Positions 16,641-29,033 are shown, numbered from the stretch's first letter. The stretch: 64,000 bases of DNA from the human T2T-CHM13v2.0 reference genome, Homo sapiens (GCF_009914755.1 NC_060927.1); one strand, 5' to 3'. Translations and numbers: made by a program. Notes: generated by a model from the letters alone, not told the origin.

Positions 16641-17751
16641 AAAACTACAGAAGTAGAAATTAAAGTCAATAATTCACTTGAGCATACACTGAGGCATATT
16701 AGATAATCAGACTAAATGAATAGGAAGCTAGATATGTAAGATTTAGGAGATAGGAGAGGAATAAAGATAGAAACGTTTTAATCAAACTGATGGCATTTAC
16801 AGATTGGATTGACTGTGTGAATGCAGGTAAAGAAGAGAAGCATAGTACTGTGTGAGGCACCGTGTGAAGCACATGTAAGTGTGACATAAATCTGTACCCT
16901 TAAGCAATCATAATCTTATTTGAAAAAATCATAGGCAAAGACAATATGGCTTTCAAGAGTTGACATCTGTGGTAGATCTTCTTAGGGCTGTTAATTTAAT
17001 TTCTTTATATATTATAGAGACTGTCTTTACCTATTTCTTGACCTCTGCCCTCCACCCCTCTGCATGGCAAAAGTCAGCATCTTTTCTTCTCTCTTAAACA
17101 AAGAAACGTCATAAATATCATACCAATTTTCAGGATAGATGGTTTTAGGCCAAAGATCTGCAGATACATGATGCTGTGAGATCTCTGAATATCCCATGGG
17201 TTTTCAAGTTACTTCAAATTAGTTATAAAATTATCATAGATAATGAATTTGAAAAATTATGAATAAAACAAAACTCAAACAAGATCTTATGCCTTTGAAG
17301 ACAGGGTAATATTTACTAAGTCAAACAAATAGTCAGAGACTGTTAATAGTCCAGAAGAGTTGAGATTTGCTGTTGAAAGGATGAACTCTTAAATGGTTCA
17401 CAATACCCCTCCATTTTTTAAATAGAAATTTTATAACAATTATAACCCTTCGGTTTGAAGGAGACAAAACCTCTTTAGGCCAATCTCCAATGCTCCCATC
17501 ATCCCTACAAGGAGTCAAGCAATTTTTGGCTGAATCATAATTGTAGGAAACTCAAAATTTCCTGCAGTCACACTTTCCATATCAAAGTGATAGAAAATTC
17601 TTTCTTTCAGAGGGATGGTGTGTCCTTTCCTTTCCCTGGCAGATGAGCCTGCACTTCAGAGCCCTCTTCTGTTTTCTGTTTTTTCTATTTACCTTTACTT
17701 TCTTTTCATCACAGTCAGTCAGATAGGAATTAAACATGTAGAAGCATAATG

Positions 17752-17980
17752 GCTGGTAATATAGCTCACTATAACCCTGTCTAAGCACTTTACATGTATT
17801 TACCATATTAATCCTCAACACAACTCTAGTAGATTGATATTCATTTACAAATAAAAAATGAGGCACAGATATGCTAAGAAATTTTCCCAAGGTCATTGAG
17901 TTAGTAGGTGGTGGATGCAGTATTTAAACCTTAGCAAACTGGCCCTAGAATTCAAGCATTTCAAGCATACAACACTATGA
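17752..17980 (-). mobile_element. MIR
   Basis: ctaagcactttacatgtatt...aatgaggcacaga...cccaaggtca. Confidence 0.75.
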
Positions 17981-17989
17981 TACACACCA

Positions 17990-18216
17990 TTTTTTTTTTA
18001 TTTTTTATTTTTGGAGACAGAGTCTCACTCTGTCACCCAGCCTGGAATGTAGTGGCATGATCTGTAAGCTCTGCCTCCCAGGTTCATGTGATTCTCCTGC
18101 TTCAGCCTCCTGAGTAGCTGGGACTATAGGCGCCCGCCACCACGCTCAGCTAATTTTTTTTGTATTTTTATTATAGACTGGGTTTCACCGGGCGGATCAC
18201 GAGGTCAGGAGATCGA
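17990..18216 (-). mobile_element. AluY-like, 5'-truncated with inverted 5' segment (18191-18216)
   Basis: Antisense Alu to gggtttcaccg, then sense ggcggatcacgaggtcaggagatcga. Confidence 0.9.
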
Positions 18217-19637
18217 TACACTACTTCTTAAGGTAGAGTACTAGTGCTGTCTTTGAAATTCACTCCCCTACACTAAACTATCTAAGGCCCTGCCTCACAA
18301 TAGCTAAGGCCACTTGTGGTGGTCATTTATGGGCTAGGCTTCAAAAGCGCTAGAGCTATTGTCTTTCAGGACACAGAAAATATATGATGTGGCTTATAGT
18401 CTCCATCCTAGAAACTGATGAAATTCTATTAATCTCCCCCCCACTAATTTGATTTGGTGTGTTCCTTTCATGGAAGACCCAGCTCATCATAAATCTGACA
18501 GGCCTTGTGCTCATGCTGCATTGCTTTTATTATTATTGTATTACAGGGTTTCAGTAACTCCGATTTAGGATTACAGACATAACTGCCAGAAAAATTTACA
18601 GCAAGCTGCCATCTCCACATTTTTATGGCTTGGCTTCTTGCACAGTTTCTTTTAAAAATCTTAACACTTATCCCTTGACTTCAGTTAAAAATACAATGTG
18701 TACTCTTTCTATCTGTAAGAACTGCTTGTATTCTAGGATAACTAAAGCAATTCTTGTTTTTATTTTTGCTTTGTTTTTATATCTTCAGCATGGAATTGGG
18801 AAATATTCTTAATAAAAACATTTCTTAGGTTAGTCAATAACAATTAAACATGACTCTTAATTTGTTGGTATTTCAATATTGCATCATTAAAGTCACACTT
18901 TGAGGACATGCAATGTCACCTCAAATAAAACTCAAGTATAATCTGGATCCTTGTAATGTAACTCCTAATTAGTTTTGAGAAAAGGCAAAGCTTGTTCATT
19001 ATTATGCTAGGAGAACACCTAGTTTTTTAAAAGGACAAAGATAATTATTAATTATATGATTAGAATTTTATTTTTAGGCAAGAAGTATGAGGTGCAAGGT
19101 AATTATCTAAATTAATTAATTTTAAATTATAAAAGATGAGAAAAACTAGGCTTTTTTCATATGCCACTCAGAGTATTAAGCGGCTTATTTGTATTACCTC
19201 ATTAAAATGTCCCAACAGGCTTGTAAGATAATTAAATGTTTTAAAGCAGTACAAAATACAATACATTGTCTTGTATTTCTGGAATACAGTTTACACTCTA
19301 TCATGTGTTAAATTCTTACCTACCATACACTTTGCTTTGAATTTATCTATTTTGATCCTGAATCTATCTTTTCTGCTCATGTAAGTGCTTTTACATTTAA
19401 TTTGCCTAAAGTTTATCTTTTAACAAAGCAGAGATCATCTATTTTAAGCTTACTATATAGTATAATGCTATTTATTACTGAATTTGTTATATATGTTTAT
19501 TATACTGTTAGACATTACCAGATATTTACTTAATTTCTATTGTTTCATTTTTAAAAACTCATACAGTCCTAATTTTAGATGGCATGGTAATATGTCCAGT
19601 TAAAAATTAACATTCCAAAAGCTACTGGTGGCTAAAT

Positions 19638-20811
19638 TGTTATAAAAGCAAATGGGCTCCCTGCCCTCCATGCATAGAAGTCAACAGTATGGCACCAGCT
19701 TTTGAGAAAAGAATGACTTTGTTGCAAGGCCAACCAGCAAAGAGATAGGAAGGATATAAGGCTTTTGCTGCAACTGTAAAAGTGTTTAACCTCTATTGGG
19801 CCAACTGTTGTTACACAGACCAAAGATACAGACACACACACAGAAAAAAAAAAGACCAGACTAGATTGAGCACTCCAGGGGTTACAGCTTTTAAGTATCG
19901 ATCTTGCCCTTAGTCTTTAGGACACTAATCCGAGTCTGGGACTCGAGTCTGTCCAAGATCTCCCTAGGGTAGGATTTGAACCTATGGTCCTAGACAAAAA
20001 CGGGAATCCAACCCACAATCCTAAACAAAAGACAATTTAAGGTGTAAGCACATATTAACAAAGTACTCACCCAAAAGACATCTGATCCAGAAGCAATTCT
20101 TTCCTCAAAAGACAAAGTAGTGTTGGAGGAGGACCCCAAGTGGAGAAACAGGGACAGCCAACTGAGGCTCCAGACAAACAGACAAACCAATCTTGGTGAT
20201 GCCACTTGGATGCAAAGAGTCTCAGGACCCCACTGAGGCGCTATAGTGCCTTGGGCAGGCTTTTGTCCCACCTTGGGTACCAGAATTGTTATTCAGCAAA
20301 TGGGCTCACTTTCCAGTGCACAGAGAAGCCAGTAAAATGGCACTGGCTCTTGACAAAAAAAAGGCTTTATTGCAAAGGCCGCAAGCAAGGCAATAGAAGA
20401 CGCAGCTCAAATCTGTCTTCCCTGTTTGGGATCTAGGTCAAGTTTTAAGAGATCAGCAGAGGGCCAGGGAAAGAATTTAGGAATATTGACTTGGAGGGAT
20501 CTGATTGGAGGGCTGCAAATTTGACCATTTATTGCAAGGTATGTTGAGGCGGATTTTAACCCTGGATCTTCCTGGCCGATAGACTTCTCACTTCTGAAAG
20601 TGTCCCAGTGGTCTGGTTCGGGTTATGTCCCAGTCTTCTTGGTTTTGCAGGGAGAATTGTTGGTTCTGGACGTTGTTGGAGGTCAAAGCTTTTTCTATTG
20701 TTCATGCCTGGGCTACATGACTTGCAGTTTTGGCTCTTTTCTGCCTTCAAGGGAACTTAGCATTCTGTTATAAATAAGGAAGGCCCAGTTTGGACTGCTC
20801 CTTCAGTTACA
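19638..20811 (-). mobile_element. Internally deleted ERV1 provirus (MER67/MER31-group LTRs): 5' LTR 20287-20811, leader ~19770-20282, 3' LTR remnant 19638-~19760
   Basis: Two copies of the LTR end tgttat..agcaaatgggctc. PBS next to the full LTR. Leader splice donor (aagtactcacc, ~20061-20071). 4-bp flanks aaat/atat. Confidence 0.8.
20265..20282 (-). promoter_or_regulatory. Retroviral primer-binding site, tRNA-Arg(CCU) type
   Basis: Minus strand TGGTACCCAAGGTGGGAC, 4 nt from the LTR end. 17/18 match to the recalled tRNA-Arg-CCT 3' end GTCCCACCTGGGGTACCA. Confidence 0.75.
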
Positions 20812-21140
20812 ATATGACGTTACCTCAACAAGTGAGGTGCGGGAGGTTCTCTTCTGGTGAGTTTCTGGGAAATTTATTATTTTTCTGGGTGAACAAAAGT
20901 CTTCTTGTTCGGAGTGTGGATGTCATACCTAGAATTGAAACAACCATTTTGTAACCATGAGGAAGGAAATTGCAAAGTAAAATGGTGGAGGATAGAATTA
21001 GAGGAAACCGATTACCTCACTACCGAATTCCTCCAAATCCAGTATCAGCCCTGAACTGCCTTCCTACAGAATTCTTGCTATGTGAAAAACAAACCCTAAT
21101 TAATACAGTATGTTTGAGTTTCCATGTATGTTTGAGTTTC

Positions 21141-21264
21141 TGTAGGCAGGAAAGAGCCAAAACTGCAAGTCATGCAGTCCAGGCTTGCACAATAGAAAAA
21201 GCTTTGACCTCTAACAACACCCAGAAGCAACAATTCTCCCTGCAAAACCAAAAAGACTAGGACA
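21141..21264 (+). repeat. 124-bp inverted copy of LTR segment 20626-20749
   Basis: Direct alignment: ~12 mismatches in 124 bp, no gaps. Confidence 0.9.
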
Positions 21265-21514
21265 AAATTGTACACTGAATATATAGCAGAAACACATTTA
21301 TGACACGATTACATTATACAGAAAATGTTGACTAAAAGAATAACCATTTAAAAATTTGAAGAGTGAAATGAATTTTAATTAATTCAGTAAAAGTACCAGA
21401 TGTAGAAAATGAACAAATTTATATTAAAATGAATAAAGAAAACATTGTCCTTAAATATAGTAACCAAAAATAGGTGCCATTAAAGTTGTGGTAGCCATAA
21501 TTTTATACATATTT

Positions 21515-21520
21515 CACACA

Positions 21521-21553
<33 letters not shown>
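21515..21553. repeat. (CA)n microsatellite
   Basis: Visible repeat. Confidence 0.95.
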
Positions 21554-21556
<3 letters not shown>

Positions 21557-23061
21557 ACATATGTTTATAGGTTGTTATAGAGGTGATCATGTTATACACG
21601 CTCTTTTAAAAATTTTTGAATACTTTTTTGTTCTCTTCTTCATCACCTCTAAGCAACTAGTGTTAATCATCTGATGTATTCTTCTGATTGTTTCTTTATC
21701 CTCATACAGTCACTTATATATTTGTACACATACATCATCGTTTTGTGAATATGAAATTGTTATATCTATTACTTTATATTTAAAATTTTACACTTGGCAA
21801 TGGATTATGAAATCTCATCAAATCAGTTTGAAAAATAACAACTCATTCTTTTTACTTGCAGCATAATAATCCGTGGTATAGATAGACATCAATTTATACT
21901 ATTTCCATCTTTGGAGGACATTCAACTTTTTTTCCCTTAATGACATTTTTAATAGAAATTTTTATTAAGACAAATATAGATTCATCTGTGGTTATAAAAA
22001 CTAATACATAGAAATATCATATCTTCTTCATACAGTTTTCCCAATGAAAATACTTTATAAAACTATAGTCTAGTATTATAGTCAGGATATTAATGAAAAA
22101 ATAACTCATCTATGTTATTCAAATTTCCTTTGTTTTACTTGTCCCCATTTATGTGTGTACACATGCATGTATGTATTTATTTCAATAAAATTTTATCATA
22201 TATGTAGTTTTGTGCATCCACCACCACCATGATCAAGATACAGAACTGTTCCATCATGACAGGGATCCCTCTCGTCCTTTTATAACCTCATCTACCTCCC
22301 CTCATACCTATTCTAGTCTTAAAGCCTTTGAAACTGCGAACCTGTTTCTAGTCTTTTCTAAAATTTTATCTTTTAAAAACTGGTATATAAATGGAATCAT
22401 ATGATGATTTATATGAAACCCTTTAGGATTAGTTGTTTTCATTCAGCATAATTCTTTGGAGATTCATCCAAGTGGTTCCACGTATCAGTACTATGTTCCC
22501 TTTAATTGCTGAATAGTATTCAATAGTATTTATGCTCCAGAATTTGTTTAACCAGTCCCCTGTTTAAAGATATCTTGGCTGATTCTAGTATTTGGCTATT
22601 GAAAGCTTCTATGAACATTCATGTACATGTTTTTGTGTTAACGTGAATTTTGGTTTACTTGGAATAAGTGCCCAGGAATGCAATTGCTGGTTCATATGGT
22701 AATAACTTGGTTAGTTTTACAAAGACTGCCAAAATATCTTACAGAGTGGCTGTACCATTTTACACTCTTAACATATTGTAGGCGTGTCCACTTTTTTGCA
22801 TAGTCAACATCATTTGGTATCATCACTAATTTTTATTTTAACCATACTGATAAGTGTGGTTAAGTGATATCTCACTGTGATTTTAATATGCATTTCCCCA
22901 ATATTGTTGAACATCTTTTCATGTGCTTATTTGCCATCTATGTATCCTCCTCCATGAAATGATCAATGTCTTTGCCCATTTTCTAATTGCATTGTGTGTT
23001 TGTGTTGATCTTTGAAAGTTCCTTAGTTATTCTAGGTACTAGTTCTTTGTCACATATGTGG

Positions 23062-23417
23062 TATATTAGTCAGTTTGGGTTGTCTTAACAAAATACTACA
23101 CACTGGGTGGTTTTAATTACAGAGGGTAATTTTATCACAGTTCCAGAGGCTGAGAAGTCCAATAGCAAGGTGCAAGCAGCATTAGTGTCTGGCTAGAGCT
23201 CCGTCCATGGGCTGTAGACAACCATCTTCTTGTGTTCTCACATAGCACAGATAGAAAGGGCTCTTTTGTGTTTCTTCTTAGGACACTGAACCTATAGGAT
23301 GAGAACTCATTTAAATGAGCTTTATGACCTCATTTAATTTTAATTACTTTGTTAGAGACCCCCATCTCCAAACACCAAAACCCTGATAGTGGGGGGTAGC
23401 ATATTCAGTCTGTAACA
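23062..23417 (-). mobile_element. MLT1B-like MaLR solo LTR
   Basis: ctgggtggttttaa...cacagttccagaggctgagaagtcc...attcagtctgtaaca. TSD tgtgg/tgtga. Confidence 0.8.
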
Positions 23418-23483
23418 TGTGACTTGTAAATAATTTCCCCCAGTATGAAGGTTGTCTTTATATCCTCTTAAAAAAGGCTTTCA

Positions 23484-23627
23484 GCTGGACACGGTGCCTC
23501 ATGCCTGTCATCCCAGGCAGGAAAATCACTTCATCCAGGGAGTCAGAGGTTGCATTGAGCCGAGATCATGCCAATGTACTACAGCCTGGCGACAGAGCGA
23601 GACTGTCTCAAAAAAAAAAAAAAAAAA
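23484..23627 (+). mobile_element. Internally deleted AluS(c-like), ~145 bp
   Basis: Left-arm start fused to the right arm. 14-bp TSD aaaaaaggctttca. Confidence 0.85.
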
Positions 23628-26514
23628 GGCTTTCATAGACCAATTTTTTTTTAACATTTTGATGAGGTACAGTTTATCACATTTTAATGAATTGTGCTTT
23701 GTTTGGTTATGTCTAAGAACATTTTGCTTACCTGTAGATTCTGAAAAATTTCCCCTTTTTTTAACAGTTCTATATTTTAAAATTTATGTATGTGTATGAT
23801 TTTTAATTAAATAATTAAATATTACATAAGGTATAAGACTTAGATCAAAGTTTGTTTTCTTTCCCTATGGATAATTGCTTTAACACCATTTATTGAAAAT
23901 CCTTTTTCCATTTTTTTTTTCATATTTGTTAAAAATCAGTTAAGCATATTTTTGTGGGTCTATTTTTGTGTTCTTTTTTTTTTTTCCATAGATGTATGTG
24001 TCTATACTTTCACACAATCTTGATTTCTGTAGTTATATTGTAAGTCTTGAAATTCGGTAAACTGATTCCCCTTTTTTTAAATTTTTCTTTTTCAAAATTA
24101 TTTTGCTATTATAGATCCTTTTTCATTTCATATACATTTTAGAATAATCTTGTCCATAGCTACAAAAAATCTCTCTGGTATTTTGATAGAGTTGTGTTGA
24201 AATTATAGATAAATTTGGGAGAACTGATATTTTATTTAGGTTGAGTTTTCCAATATATGCTCATGGCATGTCTCTTATTTATATCATCGTTGATTTATTT
24301 CATCAGCATTTCACCATTTTCAGCATAGAGCTCCTGTATGTACCTGATTAACTGTATAACAATGTATCTCATTTCCTTTGGAGCCATTATAAATGGTGTT
24401 GTGTTTTAATTTTGTTTTCTCTATGAGCATTGTTAGTATATAGAAACATAATTGATTTTGTGTGTCTTCTGATGATATGTTTACTAAAAATAAACCTGGC
24501 AGTTTTTTAAGATGATTACTATTTTTAATATAACTTCTGAAAAGTATACACTTTTATTTTTAACAACTTGTTTACAATTAATCTTTTTGAAAGAAGCTTG
24601 TTTATATTTAAGGTTTAGGAATAAACCTCAGAGTGGTCATGTTGCTTTGGACAAGGTATTTGCAAACCCCAGTCACCTAATAGATGATATTTAGTTAATA
24701 AATTTTGCTTTTATTATCATTGCCATTTTAGGTTCATTGATACTTACGTGCATTGGGAGGTTCAATTTTCTATAGTGTTTTTAAGCAGAAATTTGGTCCT
24801 GAATAAAGCAAGTCTTTTGAAGAGAAATAGTCACCTTTGTATACAGACAGTTAAACAAATATCTGGATTTAATTAGCAAAATAGGATTTTGATAAAAATG
24901 TATTTTAGCCTTGGTTTTCTAAACTGTATCCTGGATTAGTTAATACTTAATTATTTTTATAATTTTCTGGATAGATATAACCAAAATCTATAAAAGGAAA
25001 TTAAACATGTCCAACAGATATGTCAACTTGTGATTGGTGGGGTGTTTTGATGCATTGTTCCACTCATTAAAATTTGTTTAGTTGATCAAGTGAGCATCAT
25101 TTAAAGCTACTTTTAAATGTGCTTAAATACCTGCACATTTATAGAAAAAAACCCCACAAGATTTAAATATAGAAGCAATTTTACATGAGGTAATTTACAA
25201 ATGATTAGCAATCTCCTGAAAGGAAAAGCATAAAAGTGAGTGCAAACCAACACATGCTAACACATGAAAATCATCATTTTGGTGATTTTTCTTGGGAGTT
25301 AAATTCCAAGCTGTTTTGTGAGTTCTTCCTTTTCTTCCTGAACTAGAAAGATGAAATGGTGGATTGGTTTATGTATAGCAGATTTGCAAGAACATTTTTT
25401 TTTGGAAATCAAGTTAGGATTTTTCAGATAGTGTAGAATTGTCATCGAGCAAGGACTTACAAGCTTTGCTTTTATTGCTTTCATGGTGTAGCTTTTTTCT
25501 GCATCTGAATTTTGCATGTGTATGGCATGACTAAGCAAATGTTGGAAATGTTTGAGAATATAGTGAATGTAGGAAATGCAATTGAGTCTCAAAGAATGTG
25601 AGCTTCTAGGTCCCTATGACTCATTGAATTTTGTTAAGCAGTTTGCATAAACTGTAAAGTAGCACTTCCATTTTTCTTTCGATTCCAGGCTGACCTCCTT
25701 ATACTCCATTACTAGTTTCCCTCCAAGGGTGCATGAGTTATTTCCTTCTGCCAGAGGAAAGATTGGCAATGTAAATTTCAACTAAATCTGATAGCCTGCT
25801 GTGTAGGTATTATACAAATGCCATAATCATGACATTCCCGAAATTTCTTTCTTATCCTTCTTTTTTATTGAAATAAATCAGTTTGCCAGGAACTTCTGCT
25901 CACTGGTCTTAAAACATGTTTATTCTTTCTTACCTGTGATAGCATTGCATAGAGATTTACATTGACCTAATAGTCATTCTCAAAACACAGTAATACTTTT
26001 ATAAATTTTTCCATTACAGAAATAAAAACAACAAAATCAACATGACATTCAGAAGTCTAGGTGGAGACAAAGAAGAAGCAGAGGTTTGCAAAACCATTCT
26101 ATGTTTCAGTCCATACAATGAAATATGTACATAAATTGGTCTTAGGTGTTAGTCATTTTTTCTAAATTACTTCAGAATTTAGTGATCTTTTAAAATAGGT
26201 TCTGCTTGAATGATTCTAGTGACAGGGCTTGCTGCTTAATATCAACCTATTCCACACTATTAGATAAACACCATTACCAGAATTATCCAATTATCTTCTT
26301 TTCTATAGTCCTAGTTCTAACCTTTTTCTGAGAAACAGAACAAGTTTAGTCTTTCTTACATATTAAAGGAATTTACTGTTATGGATATAATTAGTGATTT
26401 CTTATCTAGCTTGAACTTCCTCCTTGAAACCTTTTCCATACAGCGTCATTTCATCTCTCTTTATTAGAGCCATTGTATTACATTTATGCTTGGTTTTGCT
26501 ATGAGTACCTCTTT

Positions 26515-26850
26515 TTCATTCAATAATCATTCATTTATCCAGTACCTACTATGTGTCAGATACTGGGTTAAACCTTTGGGAAAATTTTTGTTTTACTTTA
26601 ACAAATATTTACATATTATTTTCTGTGTTCTAGAATTTTTTCAAAGTGACTTACAAATATTAACACATTTAGATCTCTTATCAAATTCTGTGACTTCAGC
26701 ATATTATTATCCTCATTTTATATATGAGAAAACTAAGATACAAGGAGATTAATTAACCTGCCCTATGGTCACACTATTAGGAAGTGGTGGAAACAGGTTT
26801 TTAATGCAGGGAGTTTACATTCATAGTTCACCAAGGTATGCTGTCTCTCA
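26515..26850 (-). mobile_element. L2 3' tip plus MIR
   Basis: tcattcatttatccagtacctactatgtgtcag and attattatcctcattttatatatgagaaaactaag. Confidence 0.7.
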
Positions 26851-28129
26851 TACACTGAGCTTCCTCTCACACAAAGGTCCTTCATGAATGTAGAAGCATA
26901 TTGGATCCATAGGACGCAGCTTACTTGGGGGAAGGCCGAATGAAAGACGGAAAACCAGTGGGTCCTTGGAAAATTCACTGATCTCCTAATCAAGCTTCAC
27001 CTGAAGCACCTGCTCTAGATAAGCCAGTCTGTTACTTTTACCTAAGTTCAATCTTACTAATATAATAAAACTGCAATAATGAAGAAAGTATATATATCAC
27101 TTTGTCTAGAAATGACTTTAGGAGAACTCCTCATGGCCACAATTCTATACTTCCTGGAATTCTACTTAAGATTGCATTGCCATTTTATCATGCTTAATAG
27201 TGTTAATTTTAGCATTTATTAAAGCACTCAGATTTTTGTGAGGGATGCATTGACAAATGAGATTTTTCCCTCATTCTGTTGCCGTATGATTAATTTTTAA
27301 AAATCTAGATAATAATACAAGATCATTTCTGTTAAATTATATATTGGTGTGGGCTATTTAGGATAATGAGTTTATTATATTAGTTATATCTTACAACTGT
27401 GTACCATAAGGTTTTTCACTACCAAATGTTACTTACATGAAATGCTGTAATCATTAATATACTTTATCCCAAATATTCGTTACTATGAATAAATTTCTTT
27501 CCGCATAAACATATATGCAATAGTTTTAAAAATCAAGGGAAAACAATCTTGGCAAAATATACTTTGGTCCGTCCATTTCATCCATTTGGAAATATTCTGA
27601 ATTCTAGACAACTGCCAACATTGCACAGTTGGAGTTACCAGATATAGCAATAGCTTTATAGGTTTGAGAAAGTTGAAGTAGTTCATCAAAATTACGTGAA
27701 CTTATTCTGTAATGATGTGTGATAATTAAGCTTTGTGCAGATCAATTTTTGATGTATAAAACACAAATGCCCACAAAGCTTACTTCACAGGATTGAAGTA
27801 TAATAGAAATCACTGAATGGAGAAGTATTATGTGATTGTACTTTGCAAACAATAAAGTGCTGATTCATGAAAGACAGCATTCTCAAGTTATAAGTTTTCT
27901 ACTTCAAAATTAAAGGCACCCTATACAAAATGGATTACTGTTTAATAATATAAATTTACAAAATTTCAACATATAAAATTTGATATTAGATTCATATGTG
28001 TGTATATTTGTAACATGATTATAAAATATTTATCTATCTCATATATGTCTCATATATATAAAATAGATGTCTCATACACAAATACAAACTTAAAATATTA
28101 ATTATGGATACTTTCATTGAATGTTCATA

Positions 28130-28355
28130 TGCTGTCCCCTGTAGTAAATTCTCTTCATGATGATCTTATTCTCAGGTAAACTCTGAAGGTGATTTTTCTT
28201 TTTATCTATCTCCTTTTAATAGATGGAGAATCTAAGGGCCTCAAGAGAATAAGTCAGTTTTTCAAAATCTTAACGTTATTCGTTAGTTGACAAACTGAAA
28301 TCAAACTCAGGTCTGTTTGACTTCAGTAGCCATTCCTCAATCACTTTGTGCCTCT
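28130..28355 (-). mobile_element. MIR
   Basis: ttttaatagatggagaatctaagg...caaactcaggtctgtttgacttca. Confidence 0.6.
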
Positions 28356-28509
28356 TCCCTGTTGAAATAAATGCTCTATTATACAGGAAGCCAGACAGCA
28401 CTCTGTCTGCTCAGCCATTGCTGGAAATTCTGGTAGAGAAAGTCAGTGAGGCCCAGTTTATGATTTATAGAGTAGGGTGGTCTTTTTAATGCCACTTATA
28501 TAACTGTCT

Positions 28510-28900
28510 TGAGCGAGAGTTTCCTGAATCAGATATTGAGAGGAGGACTTTAATAGGGCAAAGCCTGCAGCAAAAAGTGGTCAGAAAGTGGAAGAAGTAG
28601 AAATAGGAAAACGGAAGTATCTATTACCTAAGCATGGATATGAATTCAGACAGTACTAGCATTAGCTTAATCTTGCAGAGTGGCCCTGGCATGTGAAACA
28701 CACATTCAAGTGCATTTCAATTTGAGGCAAGGAAGTAGGATTTTCGTATTTGTGCACAAGTAATTTACCATCTAAAGGCTGCCTAGAGACGTAGAGTCAA
28801 AGTCACAGGCAAGTGCCAAGCTCAGAAGCAAATCACATAAAAGGGGAGAGGATGGGCTCAAGGAAATGTTAAAATTGATTGAAGAGGCGGGTCTGGCAAG
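28510..28900 (-). mobile_element. LTR16-like ERVL LTR
   Basis: ttgaggcaaggaagtaggattttcgta...ctaaaggctgcc. Confidence 0.45.
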
Positions 28901-28947
28901 TAATAAATATCTCCATTTCTCCAGATGAGCTCATTAGGATGAAGTCT

Positions 28948-29033
28948 TGTTTTGTAGAGATGAGGCTAGTTTTGAACTCCTGGACTAAAGCAATCCTCCT
29001 GCCTCACTGAGGCATAAGCCGCTGCCCCTAGCC
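28948..29033 (-). mobile_element. Degenerate Alu left-monomer (FLAM/AluJ) fragment
   Basis: tttgtagagatgagg...tgaactcctggactaaagcaatcctcctgcctca...aggcataagccgctgcccctagcc. Confidence 0.7.

Larger units (their letters stand above)
14825..16845 (-). mobile_element. L2 interrupted by LTR16C-like and MLT1A LTRs
   Basis: gagtttggattttgttctactgtgatgtaaagccattggagacttt, ggaatcaagaatgatgacaatgtttgagg. L2 resumes at ~16660. Confidence 0.7.
19590..21120 (+). mobile_element. Old MLT1 (J/K/L-like) LTR interrupted by the ERV1 remnant
   Basis: caaccattttgtaaccatgagg...agccctgaactgccttcctacagaattcttgctatgtgaaaaacaaacc. Upstream piece ends ggtggctaaat. Confidence 0.55.
21945..24470 (-). mobile_element. 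L1MC-type element, interrupted by MLT1B and a deleted Alu
   Basis: Antisense 3' UTR (ccaccaccatgatcaagatacagaactgttccatca) and ORF2 (cattttagaataatcttgtcc...tttgggagaactga). Confidence 0.8.
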
